Shown here: in pieces, positions 61,381-64,000 of the stretch
Layout of the letters: each line of letters opens with the position of its first letter
Position numbering within the stretch: the first letter of the stretch is position 1
NCBI GenBank assembly: GCA_964016885.1
Contig: OZ024740.1
Coordinates: 202,740,001 to 202,804,000, forward strand
DNA length: 64,000 bases
Source: Eledone cirrhosa
Lineage: Eukaryota
Direction: 5' to 3'
Notes under the pieces: generated by a model
What the model saw: the letters and a program-made list of their open reading frames with translations, nothing else
Databases searched by the model: none
Told to the model about the DNA's origin: nothing
Made by a program: the position numbers and the translations under genes

Positions 61381-61619
61381 TATTACCCAATATTCATGAC
61401 TATACGTAATCCCACAATAAAAAATAAAACAGTAAAATATATAATTGTTTCTATTTTAGGCACAAGGCCAGCAATTACCCAGTGCATTACTGGTACTTTA
61501 TTTTATCGACCCCGTAAGGATGAAAGGCAAAGTCAACCTCGGCGGGATTTGAACTCAGATCGTAAATATATAATAAAATATATTTATAGCTTTTATTAGC
61601 TTTCATTGTAATATATATA

Positions 61620-62047
61620 ATAATAATTAAATTATTGTGTACAGTGCTCAGGTGCACTACAACTCATCAAATGTGCATGTATAGTATATAGAATAATGTA
61701 CAAATGTCAGGAAAATGCATGTGTGCGTGTGTATGGAGGGGGGATATCAAGTATAGTGTTGGCGAATCTCAGGAAGCATGGAGGTTTTAAAGGATGCTGT
61801 GTCTCGGCAGCTAATAACTGATGCAGGTAGTTTGTTCCATGCCTCAGCAACTCTGAGCGTGAAAAAATGTTTCCGAAAGTCATGGGAGTTGTGCTATTTT
61901 CTGACTTTGTTGGGTTGCCCACGTGTGTTATACACATGGAAGTCAAAAAGGTACTCAGGGTTGTTGTTGGCAAGATGGTTAATAATTTTGTGGGTGTTTA
62001 CCAAGTCAGTTGCCAGATGTCGGAGCTTCAATGTATCCATGCCCAGG
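61620..62047 (-). mobile_element. CR1-clade LINE 3' end
   Basis: LGMDTLKLR..DLVNTHKII..NTRG..RKHFFTLRVAEAWNKLP. Confidence 0.85.
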
Positions 62048-62121
62048 GATATATATATGGGAACGAGTAGGATCCCGACGGCTGAGCTCAAGCCGTTTCG
62101 ACGGCTAATTCTGGGACTTTA

Positions 62122-63240
62122 GCAAGAGTGGGGAACAGAATCGAAAGCTTTCCTGTAGTCCATCCAGACTGTAGCCATATTCCTCCTAAGTTGTCGCACC
62201 TCCGACATCGCAGTTTTGTTGATTAGGAGTTGTTCAGCACATCCTCAAACCCCTCTCTTTCCAGCTGCTTGTTCATCTGTGATGATGTTATTATTTTCAC
62301 AGTGATCTTGGAGGAATAGGTTCAGGCAGGCTGTATACATCTTATACATCAGGTTCTGGCATGCAATGGGTAGGTAGTTTTTTTCCAAGTGGGTGTCTTT
62401 GTTCTTGGGGACCAGTAATGTTTGTGCTAATGTCAACCATTCTGGTATAAGTGTATCTCCCTTAAGAACTTGTTGGTAGAGGTCAGTAAGATACCTCCGA
62501 TAGAATATCAGTTTTTTGTACCATTAGCTGACAATCATGTCTCTTCCTGGTGTTTTCTTATCTTTGAGTTTTCCTATCACAGTCTTATTTCGTATGTTTT
62601 TGTTGTAGTGTAGAAGCAATAGTTCTTTCGGATTTCTCTTAGCCACACTGCATCTTGGTTGAAATTCTTCTTTTCACCCCATATTTTGCTTCAAAGAAAT
62701 CTATGTCTTTCTGGGATGGGGCCTCAGTGACACTTATTATTTTGCCCTTCATATCTCTATAGACTGATGTTTGGTTTCCTCTGAATCTTTTATTAAGCAC
62801 TTTTCTCTCATCTACCTTCTTCAGGTATTGGCGTTTTTCGCTAACAGCTCTCAATTCTTGTTTGATGGTGATTAGCTTATATTGGAGAGTTCTGATTCTA
62901 CTGTTACCAAACATCGTCTCTATTTTATTGTTCAATCTTTGTTGGTGAGGAGTGAGGTTTTTTTGTGTTTGTTTGCATGTAAGAAGCATTGTCACATATC
63001 CTATGGTTTTTAGTAGGTCAGCAATCTTTTTTTCTATTTTAGTTATATATGATAGTATTTTGGTATTTTCTGTTCTTGTTAATATCTCTGCTATCACCAA
63101 GATAATGCTTCACTGTCGTTGCTAAAGCATATAAACAGGCGTTGATTTGCCAAAATGTTGGGGGTTTTATCCGTCGTAAATATTCATCCCCAATTTCGTC
63201 AATAACACGTAATATTTCATTATTTGGTTTTTTATTAAAC
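62122..63240 (-). pseudogene. degenerate R4/Dong-like RT, N-terminal part
   Basis: KTPGRD..KNYLPIACQNLMYK..DEQAAGKRGV*GCAEQLLIN..WMDYRKAFDSVPHS, with stops and frameshifts. Confidence 0.85.
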
Positions 63241-63241
63241 A

Positions 63242-64000
63242 CTAGCATTAAAGCCCGGCGTTGCTCGGGGTCATTAAGTTACCAAAGTTAGGTTGCACCA
63301 CCCATTTTATGGCAGCACTTTTTTGTCTGCCATAAAATGGGTGAATGAATTGCAGACCTGGAAGCAGGAGCTGCGCCAGCAGTGACAATTGTAGTTTCGC
63401 CTATGGATATTATCTCTGTGCAAAAAAGTGTTGAAATTTATTGTTTCACAGTACTTGCGCAACACGCGCGTAGACGATGCCAGCCGAACAACAGAGCTGC
63501 GATGGAGTTGTTCTGCATGGTTGTCTGTGTGTTTTCTAAATTTAAGACAGTAGGGAGGGTTGTGATATGAGGGAGAATTAGCTGTTGTTTCTAGCAGGTT
63601 TAGTGACCTCATAGAGGATATGTGTTTTCTAAATTTAAGACAGTAGGGAGTGGTGTGATATGGAGGAGAGTTAGTTGCTGTTTCTAGCAGGTTTAGTGAC
63701 CTCATAGAAGATATGTTTTCTAAATTTAAGACAGTAGGGATGGGTGTGATATGGGGGAGAGTTAACTGCTGTTTCTAGCAGGTTTAGTAACCTCATAGAG
63801 GATATGTGTTTTCTAAATTTAAGACAGTTGAGAGTGGTGTGATATGGGGGAGAGTTAGCTGCTGTTTCTAGCAGGTTTAGTGACCTCATAGAAGATATGT
63901 CTTCTAAATTTAAGACAGTAGGGCGGGGTGTGGTATGGGGGAGAGTTAGCTGCTGTTTCTAGCAGGTTTAGTGACCTCATAGAGGATATTATTGTTTATC
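63242..64000 (-). mobile_element. Helitron 3' end with internal tandem repeat
   Basis: Reverse complement cccgagcaacgccggg..CTAG|T at 63242; 93/91-bp units from ~63525 to the window end. Confidence 0.75.

Overview
AT-rich, repeat-dense animal genomic DNA, most likely an octopod cephalopod. This is inferred from the tRNA-derived SINEs with a Nin/Deu-like core, the RTE, R4, CR1 and Penelope retroelements, the huge (TA)n arrays and a C2H2-ZNF relic. The only host coding sequence I can support is the first coding exon of a SIK3-like kinase on the minus strand (52259-52426). I found no second exon, so 1-52258 is probably part of one very large first intron. Almost all long ORFs in the supplied track are microsatellite artefacts. 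The strongest unexplained signal is a set of hammerhead-ribozyme folds from up to six unrelated sequence families (A-F), some intact, some partial or decayed. Most sit in head-to-head palindromes embedded in (TA)n/(CA)n tracts. One family lies in the pseudo-LTR of a GIY-YIG Penelope-like element and has a non-canonical core (CAGAAGA, with U.U closing stem II). All folds were worked out by hand; none has been computed or tested.
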